Assembly (NCBI GenBank): GCA_934096265.1
Contig: CAKOLI010000001.1
Coordinates: 210,896-274,895 of the forward strand
DNA length: 64,000 nt
Direction: 5' to 3'
Source: an uncultured Bacilli bacterium
GTDB taxonomy: Bacteria; Bacillota_I; Bacilli_A; RF39; UBA660
Numbering within the stretch: position 1 is the stretch's first letter; the number at the start of each line of letters is the position of its first letter. Under the pieces are notes generated by a model. It ran no database searches, was not told where the DNA came from, and saw only the letters and a list, made by a program, of their open reading frames with translations. Made by a program: the position numbers and the translations under genes. Positions 13,660 to 23,694 of this stretch are shown here, piece by piece.

Positions 13660-13688
13660 TTGACTTGTAGTTGTATTTTTGTTATACT
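13660..13688 (+). promoter_or_regulatory. sigma-A promoter for gpmI (TTGACT, 17 nt spacer, TATACT)
   Basis: -35 element at 13660-13665 and -10 element at 13683-13688. Confidence 0.5.
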
Positions 13689-13711
13689 TTTACTAGAAAG
13701 ATGGTGTTAAG

Positions 13712-15163
13712 ATGAAGAGGGTATTGTTATGTATATTAGATGGAGTAGGTATTAGGGATGAGGAGTATGGGAATGCTTTTTATCATGCTTCTAAGCCTAA
13801 TTTTGATTATTTATGGAATAGGTATGGCCATAGTTTGCTTAGTGCTAGTGGGAAGGATGTAGGTCTTTCTGATGGTCAGATGGGGAACTCTGAGGTTGGG
13901 CATACTAATATAGGAGCAGGAAGAATTGTTTATCAGTCTTTGGAGCTTATTAATAAGTCTTTTAGGGATGGTGTTATTAAGAATAATTCTTCTTTGAATG
14001 AAGTATTTGATTATGTTAAGAAGAATGGTAGTAAGTTACATGTTATGGGGCTTTTTAGTGATGGAGGAGTGCATTCTCATATTGAGCATTTTCTTAGTAT
14101 GTTGAATATTGCTCATGAATTTGGTGTTAGTAGGATATATGCTCATGTTATTACTGATGGTAGGGATACTAAGGATGATATAGCTTCTTCTTATATAGAT
14201 AGGTTTTATGCTAATGGTGTAGGTAAGTTAGCTAGTATATCTGGTAGGTATTATGCTATGGATAGGGATAAGAGATATGAGAGGACTAATATGTATTATG
14301 ATGTTATTACTAATGGTAGTAGTGATAGTGATGTGGATGTATATGAGTATATAGATAGTTCTTATAAGGATGGTATATATGATGAGTTTATTAAGCCTTG
14401 TTTACTTGATAGGGATGGTTATATAGATAAGGATGATGCTGTGATTTGGGTTAATTTTAGACCTGATAGGGCTAAGCAAATAGTAGGTAAGTTAGAAGAT
14501 AGTGGTATTAGGGTGTTATCTATTATGAAGATTAGTGATGAGATTAGTAGTCCTTATATATTAGATAAGGTAAGTGTTTCAAATACTTTAGGAGAGTATA
14601 TAGCGGGTCTTGGGTTATCACAGCTTAGGATTGCAGAGACTGAGAAGTATGCTCATGTTACTTATTTTTTTGATGGGGGTAAGGAGTTAGATTTGCCTAG
14701 GTGTGATAAGGTGCTAGTTCCTTCTAAGAAGGTAGCTACTTATGATTTGGATCCTTCTATGAGTGCTTATGAGATTACTTTTTCTTTGCTAGATAGGATG
14801 GATAAGTATGATTTTATTGTGCTTAATTTTGCTAATGGGGATATGGTAGGTCATACTGGTAATTATGAGGCTACTTTGGCTTCTGTAGAAGCTATGGATA
14901 GTTGTTTGGGTAAGATTTATAATAGGGCTTTGGAGTTAGATACTTTGCTTGTAGTTACTGCGGATCATGGTAATTGTGATTATATGATAGATAGTGATGG
15001 CAATAAGGTTACCACGCATTCTCTTAGTAAGGTGCCTTTTATTGTATGTTGTGATGGTGTTTTAGTAGATGATGGTAAGTTGTCGGATATAGCTCCTTCT
15101 TTGTTATATCTTATGGGGTTAAATGTACCTAGTGAGATGAGTGGTAGGAATTTGATTAAATAA
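13712..15163 (+). CDS. gpmI: 2,3-bisphosphoglycerate-independent phosphoglycerate mutase
   Basis: iPGM N-terminus (ILDGVGIRDE...GNSEVGHTNIGAGR) and a C-terminal metal-binding region (TADHGNCD). Confidence 0.85.
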   Translation: MKRVLLCILDGVGIRDEEYGNAFYHASKPNFDYLWNRYGHSLLSASGKDVGLSDGQMGNSEVGHTNIGAGRIVYQSLELINKSFRDGVIKNNSSLNEVFDYVKKNGSKLHVMGLFSDGGVHSHIEHFLSMLNIAHEFGVSRIYAHVITDGRDTKDDIASSYIDRFYANGVGKLASISGRYYAMDRDKRYERTNMYYDVITNGSSDSDVDVYEYIDSSYKDGIYDEFIKPCLLDRDGYIDKDDAVIWVNFRPDRAKQIVGKLEDSGIRVLSIMKISDEISSPYILDKVSVSNTLGEYIAGLGLSQLRIAETEKYAHVTYFFDGGKELDLPRCDKVLVPSKKVATYDLDPSMSAYEITFSLLDRMDKYDFIVLNFANGDMVGHTGNYEATLASVEAMDSCLGKIYNRALELDTLLVVTADHGNCDYMIDSDGNKVTTHSLSKVPFIVCCDGVLVDDGKLSDIAPSLLYLMGLNVPSEMSGRNLIK

Positions 15164-15280
15164 TGCATGTTATGTGTATTATTTTTTTATGTAAATTTTT
15201 GTCAATTTAGTGTATTTTTGTTGTTTATAGTTAGATATTTTGATAAAATAAAAAAGTATTAGAAAGAGAGGAATATGTTG

Positions 15281-17914
15281 ATGAAGACTAAGTATGTTTA
15301 TGCTTTTAATGAAGGCAATAAGGATATGCGTGATTTGCTTGGTGGTAAGGGTGCTAATTTAGCTGAGATGACTTCTATCGGGTTACCTGTACCTAGAGGG
15401 TTTACTGTTACTACTTTGGCTTGTACTAAGTATTATGATGATAATGAGGTGCTTAGTGAGGAAGTTAAATCGCAAATATTTGATAAGTTAAAAGAGTTAG
15501 AAAAGGTTACTGGTAAGAAGATGGGGGATTTGGATAACCCATTGTTAGTGTCAGTTAGAAGTGGTGCTAGGGCATCTATGCCTGGGATGATGGATACTGT
15601 TCTTAATTTAGGGTTAAATGATGTTGTGGCAGAGAATTTGGCTGAAGAGACTGATAATAAGCGTTTCGCATATGATTCATATAGAAGATTTATTATGATG
15701 TTTGCGGATGTTGTTAAGGGATATTCTAAGAGTTCTTTTGAGAGGGTTCTTGATAGTTATAAAGAGGAACATAATTATAAGTATGATACTGATTTAGATG
15801 AAGATGATATGTATACTATAACGATGAAGTTTAAGGATATATATAAAGAATTATCTGGTAATGATTTTCCTCAAGATCCTAAGGAGCAATTGATTGAAGC
15901 TGTTACTGCTGTATTTAGAAGTTGGAATAATGAAAGAGCTATTATTTATAGGAGAATGAATGATATTCCAAGTTCTTGGGGTACTGCGGTTAATGTTCAA
16001 GAGATGGTTTATGGTAATAAGGGTGATGATTGTGGTACTGGTGTTGCATTTACTAGGAATCCATCTACTGGGGAAAATAAATTATATGGTGAATATTTGA
16101 TTAATGCTCAAGGAGAGGATGTAGTTGCGGGTGTACGTACTCCACAAGATATATCCACTCTTAAGGATATTATGCCTAGTGTGTATGCTGAGTTTGTTGA
16201 GACTACTAAGATATTGGAACGTCATTATCGTGATATGCAAGATATGGAATTTACTATTGAAAATGGTAAGTTGTTTATGCTTCAAACAAGAAATGGTAAG
16301 AGGACTGCGATGGCAGCATTAAAGATAGCGGTTGATTTATATAATGAGGGTATGATTAGTAAGGAAGAAGCTTTGCTTAAGGTAGAGCCTAAGCAACTTG
16401 ATAGTTTGCTTCATCCTAATTTTGATACTGATGCTTTAGCTAAGTCTAAGGTTATTGCTAAGGGTCTTGCGGCTTCTCCTGGAGCAGGTGCTGGTAAGAT
16501 ATATTTTAATGCTGAGGATGTATCTAGTGCTAAGGCTAGAGGAGAAAAAGTGTTGTTAGTTAGACTTGAAACTTCACCTGAAGATATTCAAGGTATGAGT
16601 GATGCTGAAGGTATTTTGACTGTCCGTGGAGGTATGACTTCACATGCTGCGGTTGTTGCTCGTGGTATGGGTAGATGCTGTGTATGTGGATGTGGAGAGT
16701 TAGTTATTAATGAAGAGGATAAGACTTTAACTACTGCTTCTGGATATATATATCATGAAGGGGACTGTTTATCAATAGATGGGTCTACTGGATATGTATA
16801 TGATGGTTTAGTAGCTACGGTAGAACCTTCTATTAGTGGTAATTTTGAAACGTTTATGTCTTGGGCAGATGAAGTTAGAACACTTGGTGTTAGAACTAAT
16901 GCGGATACTCCAAAGGATGCTATGCAAGCAGTTAAGTTTGGTGCTGAAGGTATTGGGTTATGTCGTACTGAGCATATGTTCTTTGAAGAGGCTAGAATAT
17001 TTAATTTTAGAAGGATGATTGCTGCGGATACTAAGGAGCAAAGGGAAGAAGCTTTATCTAAGATACTTCCTTATCAAAGAGAAGATTTTGAGGGATTATT
17101 TAGAGCTATGCAAGGTAAGCCTGTTACTATTAGGTTCTTAGATCCACCTTTACATGAATTTCTACCTCATACTGATGAAGAAATTAAGCCTCTTGCTGAT
17201 AGCCTTGGAGTTAGTTTTGAGTCTTTGAAGGCAAGAATTGAAGGGTTAAAAGAGTTTAATCCGATGATGGGACATCGTGGTTGTAGGCTTGCAATTACTT
17301 ATCCTGAGATAGCTAAGATGCAAACTAGAGCGGTTATTGAAGCTGCGATTAATGTTGGTAAGGAAGGTTTAGTAGTTGTTCCTGAGATAATGATACCACT
17401 AGTAGGAGAGGTAAAGGAACTTAAGTATGTTAAGAATATTGTTTGTAATGTAGCAGATGCTATAATAAAAGAAGCAGGTGTAGATTTGAAGTATAAGGTT
17501 GGTACTATGATTGAGATACCAAGGGCTGCACTTACAGCGGATGCTATCGCGGAAGAAGCTGAGTTCTTTAGTTTTGGTACTAATGATTTAACTCAAATGA
17601 CTTATGGTTTTTCTAGGGATGATGCTTCTAAGTTCTTAGGAGATTATTATAGCAAGCAAATTCTTGAATCTGATCCTTTTGCTAGGTTGGATCAAGATGG
17701 TGTAGGTAAACTTATTGCTATGGCTGTTTCTAAAGGTAGAGAAACTAGACCTAATATTAAGCTTGGTGTATGTGGAGAACATGGAGGGGATCCTTCATCA
17801 GTAGAGTTCTTTAATAAGTTAGGGCTTGATTATGTATCTTGTTCTCCTTATAGGGTGCCTATTGCAAGGCTTGCAGCGGCTAGGGCTAGAGTATTAGAAA
17901 TGTTAGAAAAATAA
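15281..17914 (+). CDS. ppdK: pyruvate, phosphate dikinase
   Basis: PEP-utilising phosphohistidine region (GGMTSHAAVVARGMG), PPDK N-terminal ATP-grasp, C-terminal PEP/pyruvate domain (FFSFGTNDLTQ). Confidence 0.9.
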   Translation: MKTKYVYAFNEGNKDMRDLLGGKGANLAEMTSIGLPVPRGFTVTTLACTKYYDDNEVLSEEVKSQIFDKLKELEKVTGKKMGDLDNPLLVSVRSGARASMPGMMDTVLNLGLNDVVAENLAEETDNKRFAYDSYRRFIMMFADVVKGYSKSSFERVLDSYKEEHNYKYDTDLDEDDMYTITMKFKDIYKELSGNDFPQDPKEQLIEAVTAVFRSWNNERAIIYRRMNDIPSSWGTAVNVQEMVYGNKGDDCGTGVAFTRNPSTGENKLYGEYLINAQGEDVVAGVRTPQDISTLKDIMPSVYAEFVETTKILERHYRDMQDMEFTIENGKLFMLQTRNGKRTAMAALKIAVDLYNEGMISKEEALLKVEPKQLDSLLHPNFDTDALAKSKVIAKGLAASPGAGAGKIYFNAEDVSSAKARGEKVLLVRLETSPEDIQGMSDAEGILTVRGGMTSHAAVVARGMGRCCVCGCGELVINEEDKTLTTASGYIYHEGDCLSIDGSTGYVYDGLVATVEPSISGNFETFMSWADEVRTLGVRTNADTPKDAMQAVKFGAEGIGLCRTEHMFFEEARIFNFRRMIAADTKEQREEALSKILPYQREDFEGLFRAMQGKPVTIRFLDPPLHEFLPHTDEEIKPLADSLGVSFESLKARIEGLKEFNPMMGHRGCRLAITYPEIAKMQTRAVIEAAINVGKEGLVVVPEIMIPLVGEVKELKYVKNIVCNVADAIIKEAGVDLKYKVGTMIEIPRAALTADAIAEEAEFFSFGTNDLTQMTYGFSRDDASKFLGDYYSKQILESDPFARLDQDGVGKLIAMAVSKGRETRPNIKLGVCGEHGGDPSSVEFFNKLGLDYVSCSPYRVPIARLAAARARVLEMLEK

Positions 17915-17962
17915 TGTTTTAAAGATTGAGATTTTTATATTAGGATTTCAATCTTTTTTTGT
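17913..17962. repeat. 50-bp direct repeat, copy 1, containing the ppdK terminator hairpin
   Basis: AATGTTTTAAAGATTGAGATTTTTATATTAGGATTTCAATCTTTTTTTGT is identical to 28328-28377. Stem AAAGATTGAGAT / ATTTCAATCTTT followed by a T-run. Confidence 0.9.
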
Positions 17963-18114
17963 TTAAATTTAGATATGATTTTAAAAGTTTTATTTTGTGC
18001 TTTACATATTTTTTTTAAAAATGAAAATATTTAGATATATACTGAAAAAGTATGGTATAATAAAGATGATATACATAGTATGGCGTTAATTATAATGGAC
18101 TGGAGGATTACTGA

Positions 18115-18369
18115 ATGAATAAGTATCTTATTACTATAATTGTTCCAACTATTGAGTTAGAGTATGATGTATATATTCCAAATAATAAGAAGATTGGGAC
18201 TATTAAAACTCTTATTTTGAAATCACTTAGTGAACTATCTAATAATTCGTTTAATAAGAAAATAGATGAGGTAAGAATAATAGATAGAGATACTGGTAAT
18301 GAATTTGAAAATAATATGTATGTCAAAGATTCAGAAATAAAAAATGGGTCCAAGATTATTATTATGTAA
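18115..18369 (+). CDS. esaB: EsaB/YukD-like small ubiquitin-fold T7SS protein
   Basis: 84 aa with the typical YukD length. Beta-grasp-like pattern (ITIIVP...YDVYIP). First gene of the T7SS operon. RBS GGAGG 8 nt upstream. Extended -10 TGGTATAAT at 18053-18061. Confidence 0.6.
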   Translation: MNKYLITIIVPTIELEYDVYIPNNKKIGTIKTLILKSLSELSNNSFNKKIDEVRIIDRDTGNEFENNMYVKDSEIKNGSKIIIM

Positions 18370-18378
18370 TGGGAGGAG

Positions 18379-18678
18379 GTGATATCTATGGATAGTTTAA
18401 GGATTAATTATGATGAAACTATTTCAGTGGGAAATCAAGTGTCAAATAAAGGAGGAGAATTTCAAGACCTTTTGACTAAAATTAAGTCTATTAATTCTGA
18501 ATTGAAGAGTTATTGGGAAGGTAGTGATGCTTCTAAATATGCGTCTGCTGTTGAACAACAATCTGTATATATGCAAGAACTTGCTGATACTATTAATGAA
18601 ATAGGTGGATTTTTAGTAAAAGTTGGGCAAGCATATCGTGAAGCTTGCCAAAATAATGCAAATGCTATTAAAGGTTAG
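18379..18678 (+). CDS. WXG100 family protein (EsxA-like)
   Basis: 99 aa helical hairpin with central W-x-G (YWEGSDA). Confidence 0.8.
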   Translation: MISMDSLRINYDETISVGNQVSNKGGEFQDLLTKIKSINSELKSYWEGSDASKYASAVEQQSVYMQELADTINEIGGFLVKVGQAYREACQNNANAIKG

Positions 18679-18689
18679 GAGGTTAAAAT

Positions 18690-18980
18690 ATGGATTTTTC
18701 TAAATTATCGTATGGTCAAGTCCAATCAATGGCGGAACAATTAAAGACTTCTGCAGATAAAATGGAAACTCTTTTAAGTGAAATTAAGACATTATTTGAT
18801 AAAATTGGAACAGATGATGTTTGGAGTGGAACAGCTGCGGCTGCTACTAAAGAAACATTTGATCAATTGAGTGCTAAATTTCCTGAGTTTTCTCAATCAA
18901 TAAGTGAATGTTCTACATACTTAGTATCTATGGTTGAAAATTATCAATCAGTTGATTCTATGGTTACAGGTGGTAAGTAA
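18690..18980 (+). CDS. WXG100 family protein
   Basis: 96 aa, central WSG (DVWSGTAA). Confidence 0.75.
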   Translation: MDFSKLSYGQVQSMAEQLKTSADKMETLLSEIKTLFDKIGTDDVWSGTAAAATKETFDQLSAKFPEFSQSISECSTYLVSMVENYQSVDSMVTGGK

Positions 18981-19061
18981 AATGAGCTCAAGTGAGCTCT
19001 TCTTACAGATGGATAATAATTCTTGATTACTATCTATCTGTGAGGAGTTGGGAGTGATAAA

Positions 19062-19355
19062 TTGAATATAGAGATAAATGTTTCAGATGTAGCAAGTTAT
19101 GGGAAACAGATGGTTGAGTGTTCTGGTATGTTTGATGATTCTGTAAAAGAATTTAATGCTTTGATAGATGCTATTAATACTATTTGGGATGGAGCAGATG
19201 CTTTAAAGTATGTAAATACTATGAGAGAGAAATATATTGTTGGGTTAAATGAGCTTAAAGAGTATATGTTAGAATATGGAACTTATTTACAGAAGGTGCC
19301 TGAGAGTTATTCGGCGCTTGATGAAGTGTTTTCATCAAAAAATATAGATGTGTGA
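19062..19355 (+). CDS. WXG100-like protein, possible Lap1-type LXG-effector targeting factor
   Basis: 97 aa, central WDG (TIWDGADA). Its stop overlaps the next gene's start by 4 bp (ATGA). Confidence 0.6.
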   Translation: MNIEINVSDVASYGKQMVECSGMFDDSVKEFNALIDAINTIWDGADALKYVNTMREKYIVGLNELKEYMLEYGTYLQKVPESYSALDEVFSSKNIDV

Positions 19356-19705
19356 GGTGGGGTATGAATATATCATATAGTCAAGTAGAATCACAATGTA
19401 ATCAATTACATGAAACAGCTAAAAAAATGAAGGATATATTAGATATGGTTTCAGAAATAAGAAAGAATGCTTGTAATAGTGCTTCTTGGAATGGAGAGGC
19501 ATCTAATGCATATTCAGAGAAATTAAGTTTGCTGATTGGAAGTTTTGATGAGGCATTTTTAGAGATAGAAAATAGTATTTTGTATATGGCTAGTTGTTCT
19601 TCTGGATATCAAGCATTAGATCAACGGGTAATGCAAGAGATTTGCTCTAATTTAAATATTACCGAACCTAATTTAAGTACGTCTAATATTTTTGGTGTTA
19701 ATTAG
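19352..19705 (+). CDS. WXG100-like protein, possible Lap-type targeting factor
   Basis: 117 aa, central WNG (SWNGEASNA). Translationally coupled to the upstream gene. Confidence 0.6.
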   Translation: MRWGMNISYSQVESQCNQLHETAKKMKDILDMVSEIRKNACNSASWNGEASNAYSEKLSLLIGSFDEAFLEIENSILYMASCSSGYQALDQRVMQEICSNLNITEPNLSTSNIFGVN

Positions 19706-19706
19706 T

Positions 19707-20192
19707 ATGGATTTTGAAAATGTAGATGTACCTAGTTTGGTAAATGCACTTACACAATGCAAAGATTCGATAGATTATAAGGCGTCTTTAGAGTTAATTA
19801 ATGATATATCAAATGTTTCTGTATGGCAATCTTCTTCACAATCAAATTTAAAAAATGCTCTAACGATACTTACCACGAATAGGTATACAGAACTTAAAGA
19901 TAAGATAGATTGTTATTTGACTGTAGCTTCTTATATAGCACAATATCAAAACTTAAGCAAAGAGAATATTCTTTTAAATAAGCAATATAATGATTTGTCT
20001 TATAAATTATATTATGAAGAAGAGTATGAAACTCCTGTTACTTTAGCAGATGGAACTGTAATTAATGAGATAAATACAAGAAAAGTTATGGATAAAAATA
20101 TAAATAATCAAATGAATAATATAAAAAATAAAATAGATAAAAATAAAGAAAAAATGGATGAATTAAAAAAAATAATATATAATTCTATTTAA
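19707..20192 (+). CDS. small helical T7SS-associated protein (possible Lap2/DUF3958-like)
   Basis: About 160 aa, predicted all-helical. Sits between the WXG-like genes and the effector. No specific motif recognised. Confidence 0.35.
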   Translation: MDFENVDVPSLVNALTQCKDSIDYKASLELINDISNVSVWQSSSQSNLKNALTILTTNRYTELKDKIDCYLTVASYIAQYQNLSKENILLNKQYNDLSYKLYYEEEYETPVTLADGTVINEINTRKVMDKNINNQMNNIKNKIDKNKEKMDELKKIIYNSI

Positions 20193-20205
20193 GGAGGAAA
20201 GAAAA

Positions 20206-20487
20206 ATGAATTATGAAAAATATTTACCTATAGGTACAGTTGTGATTTTAAAAAATGGTACAAAGAGGGTTATGATTACTGGTTTTTGTTCAATATCTAA
20301 TGGAGATAAATCAAAAGTTTTTGATTATTCTGGATGTTTGTATCCAGAAGGGTTTATTTCTTCTAATCAAACTTTGTTATTTAACCATGATCAAATAGAG
20401 AAAGTATTTTATTTGGGGTTTGTAGATGATGAAGAAAAAAACTTTAAAGCTAAATTAAATGAAATGCTAAAACAAATTAATCAATAA
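20206..20487 (+). CDS. DUF4176-like small protein (T7SS/LXG-associated family)
   Basis: 93 aa. Motifs LPIGTVVILKNG...VMITGF...GCLYPEGF...LFNHDQIEKVFYLGF fit my memory of the DUF4176 consensus. Confidence 0.55.
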   Translation: MNYEKYLPIGTVVILKNGTKRVMITGFCSISNGDKSKVFDYSGCLYPEGFISSNQTLLFNHDQIEKVFYLGFVDDEEKNFKAKLNEMLKQINQ

Positions 20488-20518
20488 TTTAATTAAATAT
20501 TTGGAAAGGAGTAAAAAA

Positions 20519-23365
20519 ATGAATGATATGTTCAAGATTAATGTTTCATTGTTAAAATCTTATGAAAGTAAATTTAATACAGAATTAAATAGTTTTAATA
20601 ATAAAACTTATGCTACCTTTTCATCTAGTTATTTAAATAGTTGTGCTGATGGTTGTGTTAGTAAGATGGCAAGCCAACTAGAAAAAATATATGAAACAAT
20701 AAAAAAAGGATATACAAATATTGATAAGTGGTGGATTGATTATAATGATAATGCTTCTGGGTTAGAAAATTATTTGTCTGGCAAAGGTAGTCTTGGATCA
20801 ATATCTGAAGCAAGTATTAGGAATAGTGCTAGTCAGTTACCTGAATTAAAAAAATATAATCTTGATTTTGCAGGGATTATTCCTGCTGGTATAGCTGGTG
20901 CAGAATATGGTATGGCGTTTGCTAATAACACGGTAGTATCTAGTGTTGGTACATTTGATACGATAGATTCTGAAGTTCCTTCTTTAGGCTCAGTAATATC
21001 TGATACAGTTGAGAGTGTATTTTCGGGTATTGCTGGTTGGTTTTCGTCTATACCTTGGTTAGAGAATGCCGCTAATTTTTATTGGAATATAATTAAATCT
21101 ACTGGTGCTACTTTGGCAGTTTTTGTTCAATCTTTAATTCAAGGAATAGGTCAGTTTGTAGAAGCAATAGTTGATCTTGTGGCTATTGTTGGTACTGCTG
21201 CTGCATCTATTGTAACTGGATTATGGGATGGTGGCCAAGCTATTTGGGGAGCAATAACTGGTGAAGATTGGGAATCTTTAACAAAAAAAATGTGGAATGG
21301 GACAATGGGGTTTGTTGCAACCCAATATGTTGTAGGTTGGATGGATTTATTATATCAAAATACTGGATATGGTCAATGGTTAGTTGATAATGCCCTAGGT
21401 TTTGATATTGTTAGAGGTATTGGGTCAGGAATAGGATATGTTGCTGGGATAGTAGCTTTAACTATTGCAACATTTGGAGTTGGAGGAGTCGCTGTTGCGG
21501 GAGGTAGTGCGGCCGCTGGAGGTGCTACTGCTGCCGCCGCTGGGAGTGCTACTGCCGCGGGTGGTATTACTATGTCTACTCAATTAGCAATAACTGCCAC
21601 GGCTGCTGGAATAGGAAAGGGCGTACAGAATGCTTGGGCTGATGGTGCAAGTTTAGTTAAAGGATTAATCGCCGGAATACTTAATGGCCTATGGGAAGGA
21701 TTTCAATTTTATATAGGTGGTAAAATTAGTGGCTTGAATATTTTTGGGGGAAAAGGCCTTTTAGAATCAGTAAAGCTTTCAGGTGTAGGTACACAAGTAT
21801 TGAATAGTCTTGGTCGTATAATTTTAGATGGTATTGATGGTGGCGCAGAAGGTTTTGTTACTCCTCTTATTCAGACTATATATAAAGATGGTTATTATGA
21901 TGAGAATGGAGAGTATGTTGAGTTTTCAGATGTTAAGAGTCTTTCTGATGTTTTCGAACGTTATGGTAAAATATTTGAGGAAAATGGTGGCTTTGTAAAT
22001 GTCTTGACGCAAGCTTCTGTTGGTGCAATATCTTCTTTGATAGGGGAACTGTTTGATTTAAGAAAATATTTTGGTAATAAGAAGAGTGAAAGTAAAGTTA
22101 ATATGACATCTGATGAGTTGCAAATAACGCTTGATAAATATAATGAATTAATGGAAATTAAAAATAGTGATGATTATAAGAAATATATGGATTTGAAGAA
22201 TAATAAGTTATTTAAAGGTTCTATGCCAGAGTTTGATGGTGTAGAAAATGAACTTGCATCTATTTCTCTTGAACTAGCGCGTTATAAGTATAATCAATTA
22301 GTAGAAATTAAAAATAGTGATGATTATATTTCGTATATGGATAATGTTAAGAATGGATATAATCAAACTCCAAGACCAGAATTTGATAATATAGAAATGG
22401 AGTTTAAGGCGGTAGAATCTGACTTGGCAAAGATGGTACGACAACAACAATTTAAAATAGAAAAAGATAATGCTTTAAATGAATTTCAAAAAGTGATTAA
22501 AAAGGGCAAAAAGAGTGATAAAGAAGCAATAGACCTTATGTATGAACTTTTTGATACTAGTATTGTAGATGAAAACTGGGATGCCTTGAATGCATTACAG
22601 GCATTTAATAAAGCTAAAGAGAAAAATCCTTCAATACATCTAACTTCACTTGATGGACGAAATTGCTATAGTCCTTATTCTTATTCTATAAATATTAATA
22701 AAGGCAATAAAGTAAAAGAATTTATGGCTCATGAATTAGGTCACTTGTTCCATTTTGAATTACTAGATGAGGTTACTCCTGATAATTTCAATATGCTACT
22801 TGATAATGCGCGAGCTAGTTTATCACCAGATTCAGTAACAAATCAATTTAGTAGTTATTATAATGAAGCTAAAAAAGAGTTTAACGATTTAGCATTAAAT
22901 GATTATTACACTTCTAAATTAGATTCTGATTTTTCTAGATTTTCTAGTATAGAGAATAAATCTCCTTATGTTAATATGACATATGATGAATTTCTAAAAG
23001 CATACACTGAAGACTTTGCAAAAAAACATCCTGAGGTTTCAGTAAGTGATTTAGAATATTTGACTACAAATGATATTAGAATGGATATTTATGCTGTAAA
23101 TACAGAATATATGTATGATAATGGCATTCAAGCACTTTCTGATATTTGTGATGCTTTTTTAAAAGGAAAACTTGATGTTCCAGGTGCACTGGGTCATGGT
23201 GTAGCGTATTATTCTCTTCCTGATGATAGAGAGTTTAAGGAAATGATTGCAAACTTTACTGCAATGAAAATTATGGGAAATAAAAAAACTTTACAAATGA
23301 CAAAAGAAATAATTGGTACATCATTGTATGATGTACTTGATGGTACTTTTAAGCAATTTAAGTAG
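20519..23365 (+). CDS. Large T7SS substrate: LXG-like N-terminal helical domain, glycine-zipper hydrophobic core and C-terminal HEXXH metallopeptidase-like domain (candidate polymorphic toxin)
   Basis: N-terminal about 120 aa helical with L-S-G (YLSGKGSLG). Residues about 120-400 are rich in GxxxG/AxxxG runs (GIGSGIGYVAGIVALTIATFGVGGVAVAGGSAAAGGATAAAAGSATAAGG). The C-terminal region has HELGHLFHFE. Start moved to the ATG after RBS GGAAAGGAG. Confidence 0.55.
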   Translation: MNDMFKINVSLLKSYESKFNTELNSFNNKTYATFSSSYLNSCADGCVSKMASQLEKIYETIKKGYTNIDKWWIDYNDNASGLENYLSGKGSLGSISEASIRNSASQLPELKKYNLDFAGIIPAGIAGAEYGMAFANNTVVSSVGTFDTIDSEVPSLGSVISDTVESVFSGIAGWFSSIPWLENAANFYWNIIKSTGATLAVFVQSLIQGIGQFVEAIVDLVAIVGTAAASIVTGLWDGGQAIWGAITGEDWESLTKKMWNGTMGFVATQYVVGWMDLLYQNTGYGQWLVDNALGFDIVRGIGSGIGYVAGIVALTIATFGVGGVAVAGGSAAAGGATAAAAGSATAAGGITMSTQLAITATAAGIGKGVQNAWADGASLVKGLIAGILNGLWEGFQFYIGGKISGLNIFGGKGLLESVKLSGVGTQVLNSLGRIILDGIDGGAEGFVTPLIQTIYKDGYYDENGEYVEFSDVKSLSDVFERYGKIFEENGGFVNVLTQASVGAISSLIGELFDLRKYFGNKKSESKVNMTSDELQITLDKYNELMEIKNSDDYKKYMDLKNNKLFKGSMPEFDGVENELASISLELARYKYNQLVEIKNSDDYISYMDNVKNGYNQTPRPEFDNIEMEFKAVESDLAKMVRQQQFKIEKDNALNEFQKVIKKGKKSDKEAIDLMYELFDTSIVDENWDALNALQAFNKAKEKNPSIHLTSLDGRNCYSPYSYSININKGNKVKEFMAHELGHLFHFELLDEVTPDNFNMLLDNARASLSPDSVTNQFSSYYNEAKKEFNDLALNDYYTSKLDSDFSRFSSIENKSPYVNMTYDEFLKAYTEDFAKKHPEVSVSDLEYLTTNDIRMDIYAVNTEYMYDNGIQALSDICDAFLKGKLDVPGALGHGVAYYSLPDDREFKEMIANFTAMKIMGNKKTLQMTKEIIGTSLYDVLDGTFKQFK

Positions 23366-23391
23366 GTAATTAAGGAAAGAGATGGTTATAT

Positions 23392-23634
23392 ATGGATGAT
23401 AAAGATAATAGATTGTTATGGAATATTTTGGAAGTTAAATATTTAAAAATGTTTGGTAGAGAGATTAGTTGTGATCCGAATGATAGTTATGACCTTTTTC
23501 CTTTAGGTTGGTATTTGGATATTGATGTTGATACAAAGATTAAAATTTTATTAGAGGCATTAGAGAATAATAAAAAAATAGTAGATACATCTTTATATCA
23601 AGATATGTTGAATGAAAGAGATAAAAGATTATAA
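23392..23634 (+). CDS. candidate immunity protein for the upstream effector (80 aa)
   Basis: Small ORF immediately 3' of the toxin C-terminal domain, the position typical of immunity genes. No homology recognised. Confidence 0.35.
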   Translation: MDDKDNRLLWNILEVKYLKMFGREISCDPNDSYDLFPLGWYLDIDVDTKIKILLEALENNKKIVDTSLYQDMLNERDKRL

Positions 23635-23694
23635 ATATATATCAGAATATATCAGACCTTTTTATGATGTTATTTTAGGAAGGAGTATAATACA

